This document shows, piece by piece, positions 11,301 through 24,851 of a stretch of DNA of 38,367 nucleotides (position 1 is its first letter; each line of letters opens with the position of its first letter). Source of the DNA: Chiloscyllium plagiosum (Eukaryota). The notes under the pieces were generated by a model. It worked only from the letters and a program-made list of their open reading frames with translations, was not told the origin of the DNA and searched no databases. Position numbers and translations under genes: made by a program. The stretch lies in NCBI RefSeq assembly GCF_004010195.1, contig NC_057755.1, positions 11,085,805-11,124,171 on the forward strand. Direction: 5' to 3'.

Positions 11301-11937
11301 ACCCTGAGTTCTACACAGGGGCATACCCTAAACTCTCCCTCCCCAAATAATTTCTCCAACATTGCCCTGTACAGGGCAGAGTGGGAACTTGTCGAAACAT
11401 TGCAGTAGGAAGGTGTGTGTGTGTGTGTATGCGCGCGCCTTTTTGAGACTGACCTCCCCCAAAGACAGCAGCAGTCTTGCTGTTGGTGTCCAGCCTGGCT
11501 GCCATCTCCATTCCACTACTTCATTCTGATACAGAGTGCCATTGGGGAGAAGTGATCAGAGGCTTCTGGCCGTTTCACTCTATCCGCTGGCTGGAGCATT
11601 GGGTGGGGGAAAGCGGGGGGCACCCACTGTGCTGCAGCCTACTTCCCTGAACGGGTAGCGGTCTCAGTAAGCACTCGCTACGTCACTGAAGTGGAGCAGC
11701 AGTGGGGAAAGGCCTCAGCAATGCTGCACGGCCCTTACACGTATAAGTGTGTGTCTGCTCAGAAACAAAGCCTGAGACAGGGAGAGGGAGCAAGGCGGGC
11801 AGAGCGAGGGAAAAAAAGACACTTCAAAAAACTTTTGGAGTCCCTGAGGAGAGGCATTGAACCAGTCATCCAAATAATCTAGTTATCCGAACAAAATACT
11901 GCCCACCCATCTCGTTTGGATAATTGAGGTCCCTCTG

Positions 11938-12650
11938 TATAAGGATGTTGCCAGGGTTAGAGGGTCTGAGTTACAGGGAGAGGCTGAACAGGCTGGGGCT
12001 GTTTTCCCTGGAGTGTCGGAGGCTGAGGAGTGGCCTTATGGAGGTTTACAAAATTATGAGGGCCATGCAGAAGGTAAACAAAGTCTTTCCCTGGGGGAGG
12101 GGAGTCGAGAACTAGAAGGCACAGGCTTAAGGTGAGAGGGGAAAGATATAAAAAGGACCTAAGGTATAACTTTTAAATAGGGAGGTTAGTGCGTGTACAG
12201 AATGAGTTGCCAGAGGAAGTGGGTGGAGGCTGGTACAAATACAGCATTTCAAAGGCATTTGGATGGGTATATGAATAGGAAGGGTTTAGAGAGATATGGA
12301 GTAAATGCTGGCAAATGGGACTAGATTAATCTATAGAACATAGAACATAGAAGAATACAGCGCAGTACAGGCCCTTCGGCCCTCGATGTTGCGCCGATCC
12401 AAGCCCACCTAACCTACACTAGCCCACTTTCCTCCATATGCCTATCCAATGCCCGCTTAAAGCCCAAAATGAGGGAGAGTCCACCACTGCTACTGGCAGG
12501 GCATTCCATGAACTCACGACTCGCTGAGTAAAGAACCTACCCCTAACATCTGTCCTATACCTACCCCCCCTTAATTTAAAGCTATGCCCCCTTGTCTAGT
12601 CACATCTGGTCAGCACGGATGAGTTGGACTGAAGGATCTGTTTCTGTGCT
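11938..12650 (+). mobile_element. CR1 LINE 3' continuation, with an inverted CR1 tail inserted at ~12333-12597
   Basis: RMLPGLEGLSYRERLNRLGLFSLE..., then (atagaac)n of an opposite-strand CR1, then the final CR1 tail at 12600-12650. Confidence 0.85.
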
Positions 12651-13369
12651 GCGTTTTAAAGACATACAGATGTATAGGACTGAGTGTGAGATGTTCTCAG
12701 TGCATTAGCTTCCTGTTGACACAATCATAATGCTGATGGGCGTAGACTGATGGGAGAGCTGCAATCTGCATCACAATCATGTTGGATCCCAGTCTCTGGA
12801 AAGTTGCAACAGTTCAGTCTTCCCAGGTTTGTGAAGCAGAGAGAAATGCTGATATTGGGGAACTTGACCTGTCTCCCACAATATCCTTACTCACCATCTT
12901 TGTTTGTAAGCCCAGAGAGGATTGTTCCACTGCCGTTAGTTTGAGGTTCCCATCAACCTTTCAAAGACACATTTCTTCCAACAATGAAGGGCTAGAAACA
13001 CCATCTGATGTCACCTTAAAGGCTTTACTTGGCATTCCTTTAAACCCACTTAAATTCACCAATGATCCTCAGACAGCACCTTCCAAACCCATGACCACTT
13101 CCATCTGAAGGGAAGGGCAGTAGGTACACCGGAACACCACCACCTTCAACCTCCCCTCCATGCCACTCAGCATCCCGATTTGGAAATATGTCACCGTTCC
13201 TTCACTGGCACTGGATCAATATTCTAGAATTTTCTCTCTAAGGGTATTGTGGGCCAACTCACAGTGAATGGACTACAGTGGTTCAAGAAGGCAGCTCGCC
13301 CCCACCTTTAAGGGGCAACTAGGGATGGGCAATAAAGTCTGGCCAGTCACCGAAGCCACATCCCACATA

Positions 13370-14405
13370 TTAGAACATAGAACAGTACAGGCCCTTCGGC
13401 CCTCGATGTTGTGCCAAACTTTTATCCGACTAAGATCAAATTAACCTACATTCCCTTCATTTTACTATCATCCATGTACCTATCCATGAGTTGCTTATAT
13501 GTCCCTAATGTATCTGACCCTACTATCACACTGGCCTGCATTCTCCGTACCTACCACTCTCGGTGTAAAGAACCGACGTCTGACATCTCCCCAAAACCTT
13601 CTTCCAATCACTTTATGTCCCCTTGTGATAACTATTCCCGCCATGCTAAAAAGTCTCCGAATATTCTCTCTATTTATGTCTCTCGTCATCTTGGACACCT
13701 CTATCAAGTCACCCCTCACCCTTCTTCACTCCAATGAGAAGAATCTTAGCTTCCTCAACCTTTCTTCATAAGACATGTCATCCAGTCCAGACAGCATCCT
13801 GGCAAATGTCCTCTGCATCCTTTTTAAAGCATCCACATGCCCCTTATATTGAGGTGACCAGAATGGAACACAATATTCCAAGTGTGGTCTAACCAGGGCT
13901 TCATAGAGCTACAGCAAAACCTCACGGCTCTTAAACTCAATCCTCTTGCTAATGAAAGCCAATGCACCATACACCTTCTTCACAGCCCTGGCATAGTGGC
14001 ACAGTGGTTAGCACTGCTGCCTTATAGCGCCAGAAACCTGGGTTCAATTCCCACCTCAGGCAACTGTCTGTGTGCAAACTCCACATTCTGCCTGGGTTTC
14101 CTCCGGGTGCTCCGGTTTCCTCCCACAGTCCAAAAATGTGCAGGTTAGGTGAATTGGCCACGCTAAATTGCCCATAGTGTTAAGTGAAGCGGTAAATGTA
14201 GGGGAATGGGTCAGGGTGGGTTGCTCTTCGGAGGGTCGCTCTTCGGAGGGTTGGTGTGGACTTGTTGGGCCGAGGGGCCTGTTTCCACACTGTAAGTAAT
14301 CTAATCAAAACCCTGTCACCTTGAGTGGCCACTTTGAGGGATCTATGGGGATGGACCGCGAGGTCCCTCTGTTCCTCCACACTGCCAGGAATCCTGCCTT
14401 TAATA
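13370..14405 (-). mobile_element. CR1 LINE 3' fragment containing an HE1 SINE
   Basis: tagaacatagaac tail; MRGDLIEV..., EQRDL.VH.HRSLKVATQ. Interrupted at (a/g)ccctg direct repeats. Confidence 0.85.
13989..14306 (+). mobile_element. HE1-like tRNA-derived SINE
   Basis: A-box tggcacagtggttagc, B-box gggttcaattcc, SINE body and (taatc)n tail. Confidence 0.9.
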
Positions 14406-14956
14406 TGCTTTAAATGAAACTCCAGCCCACATTAAACTAATGGTGTATTTTCCAAGAAACCTCTGTAGAGATAATCTGCTGAGCAATCAGGGCATAAAAC
14501 TGCTTTATCTCTAATCTTTGGATCCTTTGCAACACAGTCCGTGGATTTCTCAACCTCATTGGAATCTATGCCTTTTGTTTACTCTTCCAAGTGATTTTCT
14601 AAACACTAATTAAAAAAAAAACTTTCACAAAATTGAATTGACACTCTATCTCAACTTCAAAGTGCAACTTACAAACGTCCGACACCACTTTCCCAGTGTT
14701 CGGATAGAAGCGGATGCACTGGGAAAAGGCCAACCGTTTCTCCAATCCACCTGGTCTCACTCGCAAAAATCTACAGAATCAATGGCCAGACGTAAATGCT
14801 TCAGAGTTCTTTCACTGAATGCTGTGCGATGCACTTACAGTTGAACAGCCCAGTCATTGGGGGTGGGGAAGCTTCCAAGGGCAGCCTGCCGTGTCAGAGG
14901 AGCTATACACATCTGCCACTGTGCGTTGGAGTTGTTCTGGGGACTGGGGCATCTTT

Positions 14957-16892
14957 ATAGAACACAGAACATTACAGCGCAGTACAGGCCCTTCGGCCCT
15001 CGATGTTGTGCCGACCTGCCATACCAATCTGAAGCCCAACTAACCTACACTATTCCATGTACGGCCATATGCTTGTCCAATGACGACTTAAATGTACTTC
15101 AAGTTGGCGAGTCTACTACTGTTGCAGGCAAAGCATTCCATACCCTTACTACTCTCTGAGTAAAGAAACTATCTCTGACATCTGTCCTATATCTATCACC
15201 CCTCAATTTAAAGCTATGCCCCCTCATGCTCACCTTCACCATATTTGGAAAAAGGCTCTCCCTGTCCACCCTATCTAACCCTCAGATTATCTTATTTGTC
15301 TCTATTAAGTCACCTCTCAACCTTCTTCTAACGAAAACAGCCTCAAGTCCCTCAGCCTTTCCACGTAAGACCTTCCCTCCATACCAGGCAACATCCAAGT
15401 AAATCTCCTCTGTACCTTTTCCAAAGCTTCCACATCCTTCTTATAATGCGGTGACCAGAACTATACATAATACTGCAAGTGCAGCCGCACCAGAGTTTTG
15501 TACAGCTGTAGCATAACCTCATGGTTCCGGAACTCGATCCCTCTAATAATAAAACCTAAAACACTATATGCCTTCTTAATAACCCTGTCAACCTGAGTGG
15601 CAACTTTCAGGGATCTGTGTACCTGGACACAGAGATCTTTCTACTCATCTACACTACCAAGAATCTTACCATTAGCCCAGTACTTTGCATTCCAGTTACT
15701 CCGACCAAAGTGAATCACCTCACACTTGTCCGCATTAAACTCCATTTGCCACCTCTCAGCCCAGCTCTGCAGCTTATCTATGTCTCTCTGTAACCTACAA
15801 CAGCCTTCGTCACTATCCACAACTCTACTGATCTTAGTATTTTCTGCAAATTACCATCCCACCCTTCTACACCCTCATCCAGGCCGTTTATAAAAATTAT
15901 GAACAGTAGTGGACCCAACATTGACCCTTGAGGTACACCACTAGTAACTGGACTCCAGGATGAACATGTTCCATCAACCACCACCCTCTGTCTTCTTTCA
16001 GCAAGCCAATTACTGATCCAAACTGCTATATCTCCCACAATCCCTTTCCTCCGCATTTTGTACAATAGCCTACCGTGGGGAACCTTATCGAACATCTTGC
16101 TGAAATCCATATACACCACATCAACCGGTTTACTCTCATCTACCTGTTTGGTCACCTTCTCAAAGAACTCGATAAGGTTTGTGAGGCACGACCTACCCTT
16201 CACAAAACCGTGCTGACTATCCCTAATCAAATTATTCTTTTCTAGATGATTATAAATCTTATCTCTTATAACCTTTTCCAACACTTTACCAACAACTGAT
16301 GTAAGGCTCACTGGTCTATAATTACCTGGGTTGTCTCTACTCCCCTTCTTGAACAGGGGAACCACATTTGCTATCCTCCAGTCTACTGGCACTATTCCTG
16401 TAGACAATGACGATTTAAGGATCAATGCCAAAGGCTCGGCAATCTCTTCCCTTGCTTCCCAGAGGGTCCTAGGATAAATCCCATCCGGCCCAGGGGACTT
16501 CTCTATTTTCACACTCTGCAGGATTTCTAATACATCTTCCTTGTGAACCTCAATCCTACCTAGTCTAGTAGCCTGTATCTCAGTATCCTCGCCGACAACA
16601 TTATCATTTTCTAGAGTGATTACTGTCGAAAAATATTCATTTAGTGCTTCCCTATCTCCTCTGACTCCACACACAACTTCCCATACTATCCTCGATTGGC
16701 CCTAATCTAACTCTTGTCATTCCTTTATTCCTTCAATACCTATAGAAAGCCTTAGGGTTTACCCTGATCCTATCTGCCAACAACTTCTTATGTCTCCTCC
16801 TGGCTCATCTGAGCTCTCTCTTTAGGTCTTTCCTGGCTACCTTGTAACCCTCAAGCGCCCTAACTGAGCCTTCACATCTCATCCTAACATAA
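14957..16892 (-). mobile_element. CR1 LINE, ~1.9 kb 5'-truncated copy with RT domain
   Basis: ORF 15778-16674: [52 protein letters not shown] frameshift follows. CR1 tail at 14957. Confidence 0.95.
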
Positions 16893-17319
16893 GCAGGACT
16901 CCATGAGGACAGCAGTAAGCCTTTTCTATCTGGAGGTATTTTGTGTGAAGGATGCATTGGCTGTTTGAGTTGGAATAGTTAATCCCATGGAGCATGAGCA
17001 TTAAATGCAGAGCGAACATTTATTGCCTCGTTAACTCTTAAAGAGCTCCAGTCTATTTCAGGGAGGGATACCTGTGATGCAGGGAGAGTCCAGTGGGGAG
17101 AATGAAAAGGTAGGGAAAAGACAGAGAATTTGTTTTGAGCAGAGGGAGATACGAGCAATTCTCGGAGTCTCTCCGAGAAGTACTCGATCTCATCATTCTC
17201 TTGTCCATTGGGCTACGTTCCAGTGACAGTCCCACCAGAAGAGGGCAGTGCCTGGAACACCCACATGTAATCATCAGGCATCCCCAACCACAACCTTCAA
17301 AATCAGCACTTAAAATTCC

Positions 17320-17395
17320 CTAACACCAGGTTACAGTCCAACAGGCTTACTTGGAGGCACTAACTTTCAGACTGCTGCTCCTTCATCAGGTGGCT
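17320..17395 (-). mobile_element. Penelope pLTR fragment with hammerhead-like core
   Basis: Reverse strand: cacCTGATGAaggagcagcagtctGAAAgttagtg. Confidence 0.6.
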
Positions 17396-17590
17396 GACCA
17401 TATCAACAGCCTTACTGAAATACATATAGACTACATCTAGCATCCTGCCCTTGTCACTTTATCAAAGAACTCTAATAAACTTGTGAGGCATGATCACCCA
17501 TGCACAAAGACATGCAGACTACTCCTAATCAAACCTGTCTTACCAAGCGCATGTGTATCTTATCTCTCAAAGTCTTCTCAAGTAACTTTG

Positions 17591-18170
17591 GGCAGCACGA
17601 TGGCTCAGTGGTTAGACCTACAGCCTCATAGCGCCAGTGACCCGGGTTCAATTCCAGCCTCAGGTAACTGTCTGTGTGGAGTTTGCACACTCTCCACGGG
17701 TTCCCTCTGGGTGCTCCAGTTTCCTTCTACAGGTCAGGTGAATTGGCTATGCTAAATTGCCCAAAGTGCATTCATTCAGAGGGAAATGGGTCTGGTGGAT
17801 TAGATTAGATTACTTATAGTGTGGAAACAGGGCCTTCGGCCCAACAACTCCACACCGACCTGCCGAAGCACAACCCACCCAGACCCATTTCCCAACATTT
17901 ACCCCTTCACCTAACACTATGGGCAATTTAGCACGGCCAATTCACCTCACTCTGCACATTTTTGGATTGTGGGAGGAAACCAGAGTACACGGGGAGAAGA
18001 TGCAAACTCCACACAGAGAGTCGCCTGAGGCGGGAGTTGAACCCATGTCTCTGGTGCTGTGTGGCAGCAGCGCTAACCACTGTGTCACCGTGCCACCCAC
18101 TCTTCAGAGGATTGATGTGGACTTGTTTGACCAAAGGTCCTGCTCCTACAGTGTAGGGAATCTAATCTAA
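17591..18170 (+). mobile_element. HE1-like SINE interrupted by an inverted HE1 SINE (~17799-18097, -)
   Basis: tRNA head at 17591, opposite-strand head ending ~18097, and first SINE tail resuming at 18100-18170. 'taactt' flanks both sides within a CR1 fragment. Confidence 0.85.
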
Positions 18171-19329
18171 CTTACCCACCACAGACGTTGGACTACCTGG
18201 TGCGTGGTTTCTAGATTTTTCTTTTGTAATTTATCCATTCCTTAGCAAGAGCGTCAGGTAGATTCTGTGAAGCTAAAACTATCAAAGGAAAAAAGGATGC
18301 TTCTGTTTATATACCTTGATAAAGTAATTCCAGCTGCCATTTGTGAGCAGTATGAGATTGCATGAAAAACAGAGGTCTATTCAACCTTTCCACAATCGAA
18401 GACATCAGCTGGGAACAGACATACTGTACAAAGACAGAAAGTGACAACGTCACTGAAGATTAGAGGGGCAGTGCCGAGGGAGCGCTGCACTGTCGGAGGA
18501 TCAGTAGAGGGAAAGCTGCATTGTGATAGAGTCAGTACTCCTGGTACAATCCAGAGCTGGTGAGGGGCCTGGTTTGTTGTCGACGTTAAAAGGGAATATG
18601 GAGAAAGATTACATACGGGCTGCACCATGGTCTGAACCTCACAAGTGATGGTCCCAAGTTCAGACAAAGCACCCAGTAATTAGGAAGCCATTCCTGTTGT
18701 CTCTGTATCTCTTTCTTGCTTTGCCCTACTCAGCAATCCATGTTTGTTTTAATTTTATTAACCAGTACAAATTACAAACAGTTATCTGTGAACAGCAGTG
18801 TACAAGAAACAGCAAATTTACAGGGGAAAGGGGCAGACCTCCAAACCCCATCCTACAACCAGTTTACAGGGGAAAAAAAAGGACAAACCTCAAATCTCAC
18901 CTTATTATATCAAAATGGAAACAGTAAATGCATTCATAAAGACTGCCCGATAAACCAAACAATAAAGCAGTGCATTTATCAGACATCCCTGGCAACCCAG
19001 CCTTCCAGCACAATGTTTATAAAAGTCTCTTTCAGCTACTCCCCTTAGTAATGAGACCACTCGACAGGGAAATCACTCCCAATCTCTGAGCTCCACCCTC
19101 AGTCTTTCAGCCTTTGTTCAGTTCTCCAACCTGGAGAGTGGGGGATAGTGCAGATTGCTGTGACAGATTGCCTCACCCCCTCTTTCCTTCTCTCTCTCTG
19201 ACCCTGCATATCCTGCCACCTTTGCTTTTAATTTCCTGTAATTTTAATGACGAGGATTGCAGATAGAAATTGGTGCCCCATGAGGATCAGGGACTGGCTT
19301 TCGGCTTGGGATGGACAAAGTATTGCAGG

Positions 19330-19637
19330 GCGGCACGGTGGCTCAGTGGTTAGCACCGCTGCCTCCCAGCACCAGTGACCCGGGTGCAATCCAGCCTTGG
19401 GCGACTGTCTGTGTGGGGTTTGCATAGTCTCCCTGTGTCTGCGTGGGTTTCCTCCCACAATCCAAAGATGTGCAGGTTAGGCGAATTGGCCACGCTAAAT
19501 TGCCCATAGGTGTTAGGTGCATTAGTCAGGGGTGAATGTAGGGGAATGTGTCTGGGTGGGCTGCTCTTCAGAGGGTTGGTGTGGACTTGTTGGGCTGAAG
19601 GGTCTGTTTCCTCACTGTAGGGAACCAAACCTAATCA
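19330..19637 (+). mobile_element. HE1-like tRNA-derived SINE
   Basis: ggcggcacggtggctcagtggttagcacc head, full body and tail. Confidence 0.9.
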
Positions 19638-20059
19638 AACTCTGACTAAATGTACTCCTCTCCCAAGGAGCCACGATGGGCTGAATGGCCCTCTTGCACT
19701 TTCTATAATTCCACGTTTCCCAGCTTCTGTTGGTGTAAAGCTCTAATTCCCTCACACCGCCTCATGTCACATTGAGAGCTCACTGCCGATTGTATCCGTG
19801 CCAAGTATCAGAGGCTGTGCAATAATATATCTGTGTTAACATGCTGCCTGCCTCAGGGTTCATTCTGTAGGTTTGGAACCCACATTTGCTCCATTGGCGA
19901 TGAGGTTAACAGCGTGAGAAAATGAGAAGACAGTAACATGGAAAATGGGAACAGGAGTAGGCCATTTGGCCCCTCGAGCCTGATCTGCCACTCGTTTTGA
20001 TCAGGGCTATTGTTCCAACTTAGTTCTCAGTTCCTGTTTTATTTCAAAACTATACTTTA

Positions 20060-20769
20060 TTCATAAAAATATCTTGATATCTGTACATACAGTCACTAAA
20101 CAATTTGAGTCTGTACAGTAACATATGAATAAACAAACATTAGACTTTTGACTCAATCCAACAAATAAATTAAATGCATTTCTCACTTGTACAAGACTAT
20201 ATCTACATACATTTAAGGCACTGGGGAGGGGGTGATAACTGAACAGACCCCCATTTATCTTTAGCTGAATGGCCTCAGACAGTGGTCTTTCCCCACTGTG
20301 CCTTGGTGGTAGCTGCCCTAAGCTTTTAGTGCACCCCCTCAGCACGTCACCCTGCATCTTGGACTATGCCAGTCTACAACACTCGGCCAGGGTCAACTCC
20401 TAGCTCTGGAAGACCAAAGAGCATTTTTCAGTAGGTGGATGGTCCTCTGGGTGCAGTCGCTAGTTGTCTCGGTGTGTGTCCTGGGGAACAGACAGGGTCC
20501 CATGTCACAGAGCTGCTCACGACAAACCTCTCTCCAGACTTCCTTCGCAAAGACACATTCCAAAAAAAGGAAGAAGCGGGAGCAAATTCCTGCAGATGTT
20601 GGAATCTGTTCCGAAAACAACAAATGGAGATCACAGTGGGTCAAACAGCATCAATGGGGAGAGCAAGCGGACATCGAATCTAGATGACTCTTCTGACATT
20701 CAGAATGAGCTGTGAGACAGTCTCTACCTCAACTCAAGGTCAGCGGCTGGTGGTGCAGAAAGACTGGGC
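20060..20769 (-). mobile_element. Tx1-clade LINE, ORF2 C-terminus and 3' UTR (3' part of the element split by R2)
   Basis: ETV..L..LECVFAKEVWRE...FPRTHTET...KNALWS...CCRLA.SK...AQWGKTTV*, then an AT-rich UTR. A short Penelope-type insert lies at ~20575-20695. Confidence 0.75.
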
Positions 20770-23700
20770 AAATTTTGAACACTCGACATCTATTGTATAA
20801 ATTGTGTCTATTTTGTGTTTTTTCTCGTCACTTGTCGACGCGGAGTATACCACTTTACAGCTGCACCACAGCCAGATGTTACAAGGACATTCAGGGGTTA
20901 TAAAACCAACAGGTTAGCTACCTCATATCCACATTGTCTGTTGTGTTTAGTGAAAATTTTAATTTACACCCAACTGCCCACCACCTTACGGTGCTAAAAA
21001 TACTCTACTTTATTGCTAAAATTTTTAAAGTTTTAAATATTTTAAGCAATAAAAGTGTTTTAATAATCTTAAAACTATAACTAAATTTAAAACTATAACT
21101 ATATTCCTAAAATAAAGAGAGCCTACAAGAAGGCCATCATATGTCCACATAAATCTGGTGTATCCCCAACGTCAGAGATATCGTAAGGCTGGATATATTG
21201 CGGACAAATGGCTTAGTTAGTTATACCCAGCGACTTCATCAACATATTTTTATCACACCATTTCCTTCTAGCTCCTACGACAAAACCATAAAAGAATACA
21301 TTGGCCCCTTTCGAAAGGTCCAGTATCACCTTCTCCAAATGCTGATATTTCACCGACTTCTCCAACTAAGCTTGTTTAAGTGAGTCGTTTTCCTTTTCAA
21401 AACATACTGTGATGGCCCCCAGCACCGCCTGACCATCCTTAAACAGAATTAAAGTCGGGTATCCATAACTTCCGGTCAGCATCTTTTAAAATGGGCTTCA
21501 ACAAAAATTGTCCATCCATTCTTCTGAACAAGTTGGGTTCAAACATCAGCTATGTTATTGCGATTCTTTATCCTCATGTTTTTTTTTACTGAAATTATCA
21601 TCCAGAGAAGTGAGGAATCGTTTCAACTGCCAAATTAAATAATACAAACTGCAGGTGATGTAAAGGTCCTCCATAAGAGAAAGTAGTCCTTCATAGATTT
21701 GTCCTTAACAGAATTGTTTTAATAGCTCTGGATGTTCTCATACACAATAATCTTTTAGTCCAGGCAGGAGATATATTGTTGTTTTTAAAATAATGGATTC
21801 CCAACCCTTGGCAAGGCAGTGTCACAAAATTCTGTAATCCGGTTTCTCCATTTACCATAATTGTTGTTAATATCTTCCACTAGCTCTTAACTCTCCATAA
21901 CTTGGGTACTTGGAGCGCCAACGGACAGGCCAATTATTTGAGGATCCCAAGTTTCACAAATTCGTCAGCTGACTCAATTCTGCCAAATTTTTGACATTCT
22001 AGAATCATTAAAACGGAACGAGGCTTGTAAAATCTCAATCGGGAGCTCTTTGAAAAGCTTCATATTTCCACAATACTGCAATCGGTATTAGTATTGCTAA
22101 TTTATTTAATCCTAACCCACTATCTCTGTTCTGTGCATATAAAATGCCATCTGTTACAGATTGTGGAAAGTGTAAAACTTCCTTAATAAAACCCCTAATT
22201 ATCAAATCTAAATTTATTTAGATCATTTTGAGAAGCTTCCAATAATGTGAGATAATAGTACAACCTTGGAATAAAATTAGTTTTAAAAACCTTTTGTAGT
22301 GGTTTTAAAAGGCGATTTCTTTAGGTTTGCTATTCAATCTCTCAGCAATTCTTCCGAATTGGATGTACCTATTCCCACCCATGGAGCTATTTTCACCCAG
22401 AGATATTTTTCTGTATTACCTGGCTATATATACTGTATTTCATTATTAAGACTCCAGTTTTTCCTACTATTATAAATAAACATTTTATTCTTTAAACAAA
22501 AATGGATCCCTTTCGTTTTTCTCACGTTCGCCCTGTATTATCACCGAACGTTTGCACTAATTTAAGATTATAAGACATTTCTTCATAGGTTCAACTTTAG
22601 CCTACATGCATGACATTGCCTTATGTTGCACAATGATGCCTTTCAAGATCAGGATCTAAAAAGATCCCTTTGGTACTCTCTTCCAATGAACGAATGAGGG
22701 GGATCTAACGCTTATATTAAAAAGGAATGGGTGATAACGAATCACCCTGTTTCATGCCTTTTAAAGATCTCTATTTTATTAGCTTTGCATCTATATCCTT
22801 TTAAATTTGTAATTATTTTAACAAATTCTGTTGGGACAGAATCTATTTAGGGCTTTAATAATATCCTTATGACCAACTGAATCAAAAGCTTTAGCTAAAT
22901 CAATAAATACATTAGCTAATACTTATTTTTTCTTCTTCAATCCTTTAATAATATTACTCAAGATTTTAATATTTTGGTCATGACCCAAAACTCCTGCAAG
23001 GAATCATTTTTGTCGCTTATTTAATCCAATTATTCCACTTAGCCTTTTAGCCATTATTCTAGTAAAGATCCTGAGTAAAAAGGCCCAACTGTTATCGACC
23101 TCCAGTTATCTATTTCTTTCAATTCTTCTTTATCATTAGTTTTAGGTATTAGTGTTGTTCTATTAATTTTCATGCAATATTCCTGATTGTTCGTAGCCAA
23201 ATTGAGAACAGACAACCTTGGAAGTGTTTTATTGCCTGCGTTATACATGGCCATTATATCTTTCATCTCCATACCATCCAGCCCTGCTGTGGTTTTTGGG
23301 TCGATCACTTTAAGGGCCTGATCGACTTCATCCACAGTTATTGGCCGGACTGTGGGATAATTTGGTTGTTTACTTCCTCCTTAATATTTTGCAAGTTTTG
23401 TAATATTTGCTTCATCATTAGGCATTGATTATTTGTGACGGAAGAACTCGTCGAGTTCCTCTTCGTAAGGGGGCACATACTATCAACAGGAGCTCCCAAT
23501 ATTTCCCTTGCTAAGGACTGCCTTTTATATTTAAACAGCGTTTGCATTTGCCTAAATCTACTTTTCCTTTTTACAAGTCTCCTTCTTGCGTTATTCGTCG
23601 GAGTTATTTGCTTTCCATTTGATAAGCTAGTCATAATTTTGTCCGTTTTGTTATTTCCCTTTCCCACATTACACTTATTTTTAGCAATATTATCTTCTAT

Positions 23701-24851
23701 TTGGCCCAACAGGTCATTTAGAGTTTTTCCAATCGTGTCCCTTTCTCCATCTTTATTCTCAGTAAGCAGCTTTAATTTGTATCTCCTCTAGATTTATTAA
23801 TCTCTCTTACACTTCACTTTCTTGTTCCTTATTATCAGCATGCCCTCGTTCGATTTCTTTGTCATCTTCCTTGTCCTCTATTCCTTTTACTACTACTCTG
23901 CTTAGCTAAAAACAAAAATCTTTTATCAGAAAGTTGTTTACGCATTTTATTCTTCAACTGTTCCGCTATCATTTTATGCCACCAGAATATGGCTTCTCCA
24001 GGTTTTGTAACATCATTACCTCCACACTGGACCGAATTCCTTGTTTATTCTTATTTTGACTATTACTCTTCTTACTAACATTTTAGCTTCTTTTAGTAGT
24101 TCTTAGGGCAGCATGTTTATGTCTCAGGCTGCCCCAAATCTACAGCGGTCGAAAACGCAAGGGGACATCTTTCACACTAGAAGACCCCATTCAATTGCAT
24201 TGCTTTTTTGCCTGTCCATTTGGGATAATGACAAGCTACAGCATGGTAGCGGTTTTCCCCAAACACACTTATCACGCCCCGATTGAATATTTTCAAAAAA
24301 AAAAAGTCCAATTCTATTAAACACATTGTGACAAGAATCACATTTAAAATTATCTAAAGGCACACTTTATAATTAGGTCTAATTTATCTTCATTTTCAGC
24401 TGGATTTATAACCAATGGCTCTACTGGAATGTCAGACTCCTTGCTTTCAAGCTCTCTTGCAAAATTAAAAAAGCCCTTTAAAATTAGAGTTGTTATAAAA
24501 AAGTCTTAGTTATTAAAAGACCAGAGTCTTGGAGGAAGCTTCTCCTTTGACTGCATCAAATTTCCATTTTGATTCTCACTATTCAAAATGGCTTCCTCGT
24601 GCCTGATCGAAGAAACTCATATTGAGAGAATATCAAAAAAGGTCTCTTCCATCTGGGTTTGCACGGACAATTGAATTAATTTATGGCAAGAACGCTTTAC
24701 ACGCAATGCCATCGTAAGCATTCGTGCAGGGCAGTTGTTTCCCCGGTTGTCCACCTGTGGGATATAGGTAAAGCAGTGTTACTTCTGCAATCATAATTGC
24801 TTATGCAAGGTGAATGAACTAACCTACACCAGTGTATAATTGTTTCAGCAA

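Larger units (their letters stand above)
8223..11937. mobile_element. Non-autonomous Tc1/pogo (Tigger-like) DNA transposon with nested insertions
   Basis: TIRs cagaggaacctcgattattc / ggataattgaggtccctctg. TA duplication at 8221-8222 and 11938-11939. The CR1 sequence resumes exactly after it (..agga tgttgccaggg). Confidence 0.85.

Noticed and set aside
13989..14055. tRNA gene (also at 17591, 19330, 30267)
   Set aside because: A/B boxes run directly into SINE bodies; these are SINE heads.
21137..24600. Active or domesticated R2 ORF
   Set aside because: Multiple frameshifts and stops, and no recognisable catalytic xADD motif.
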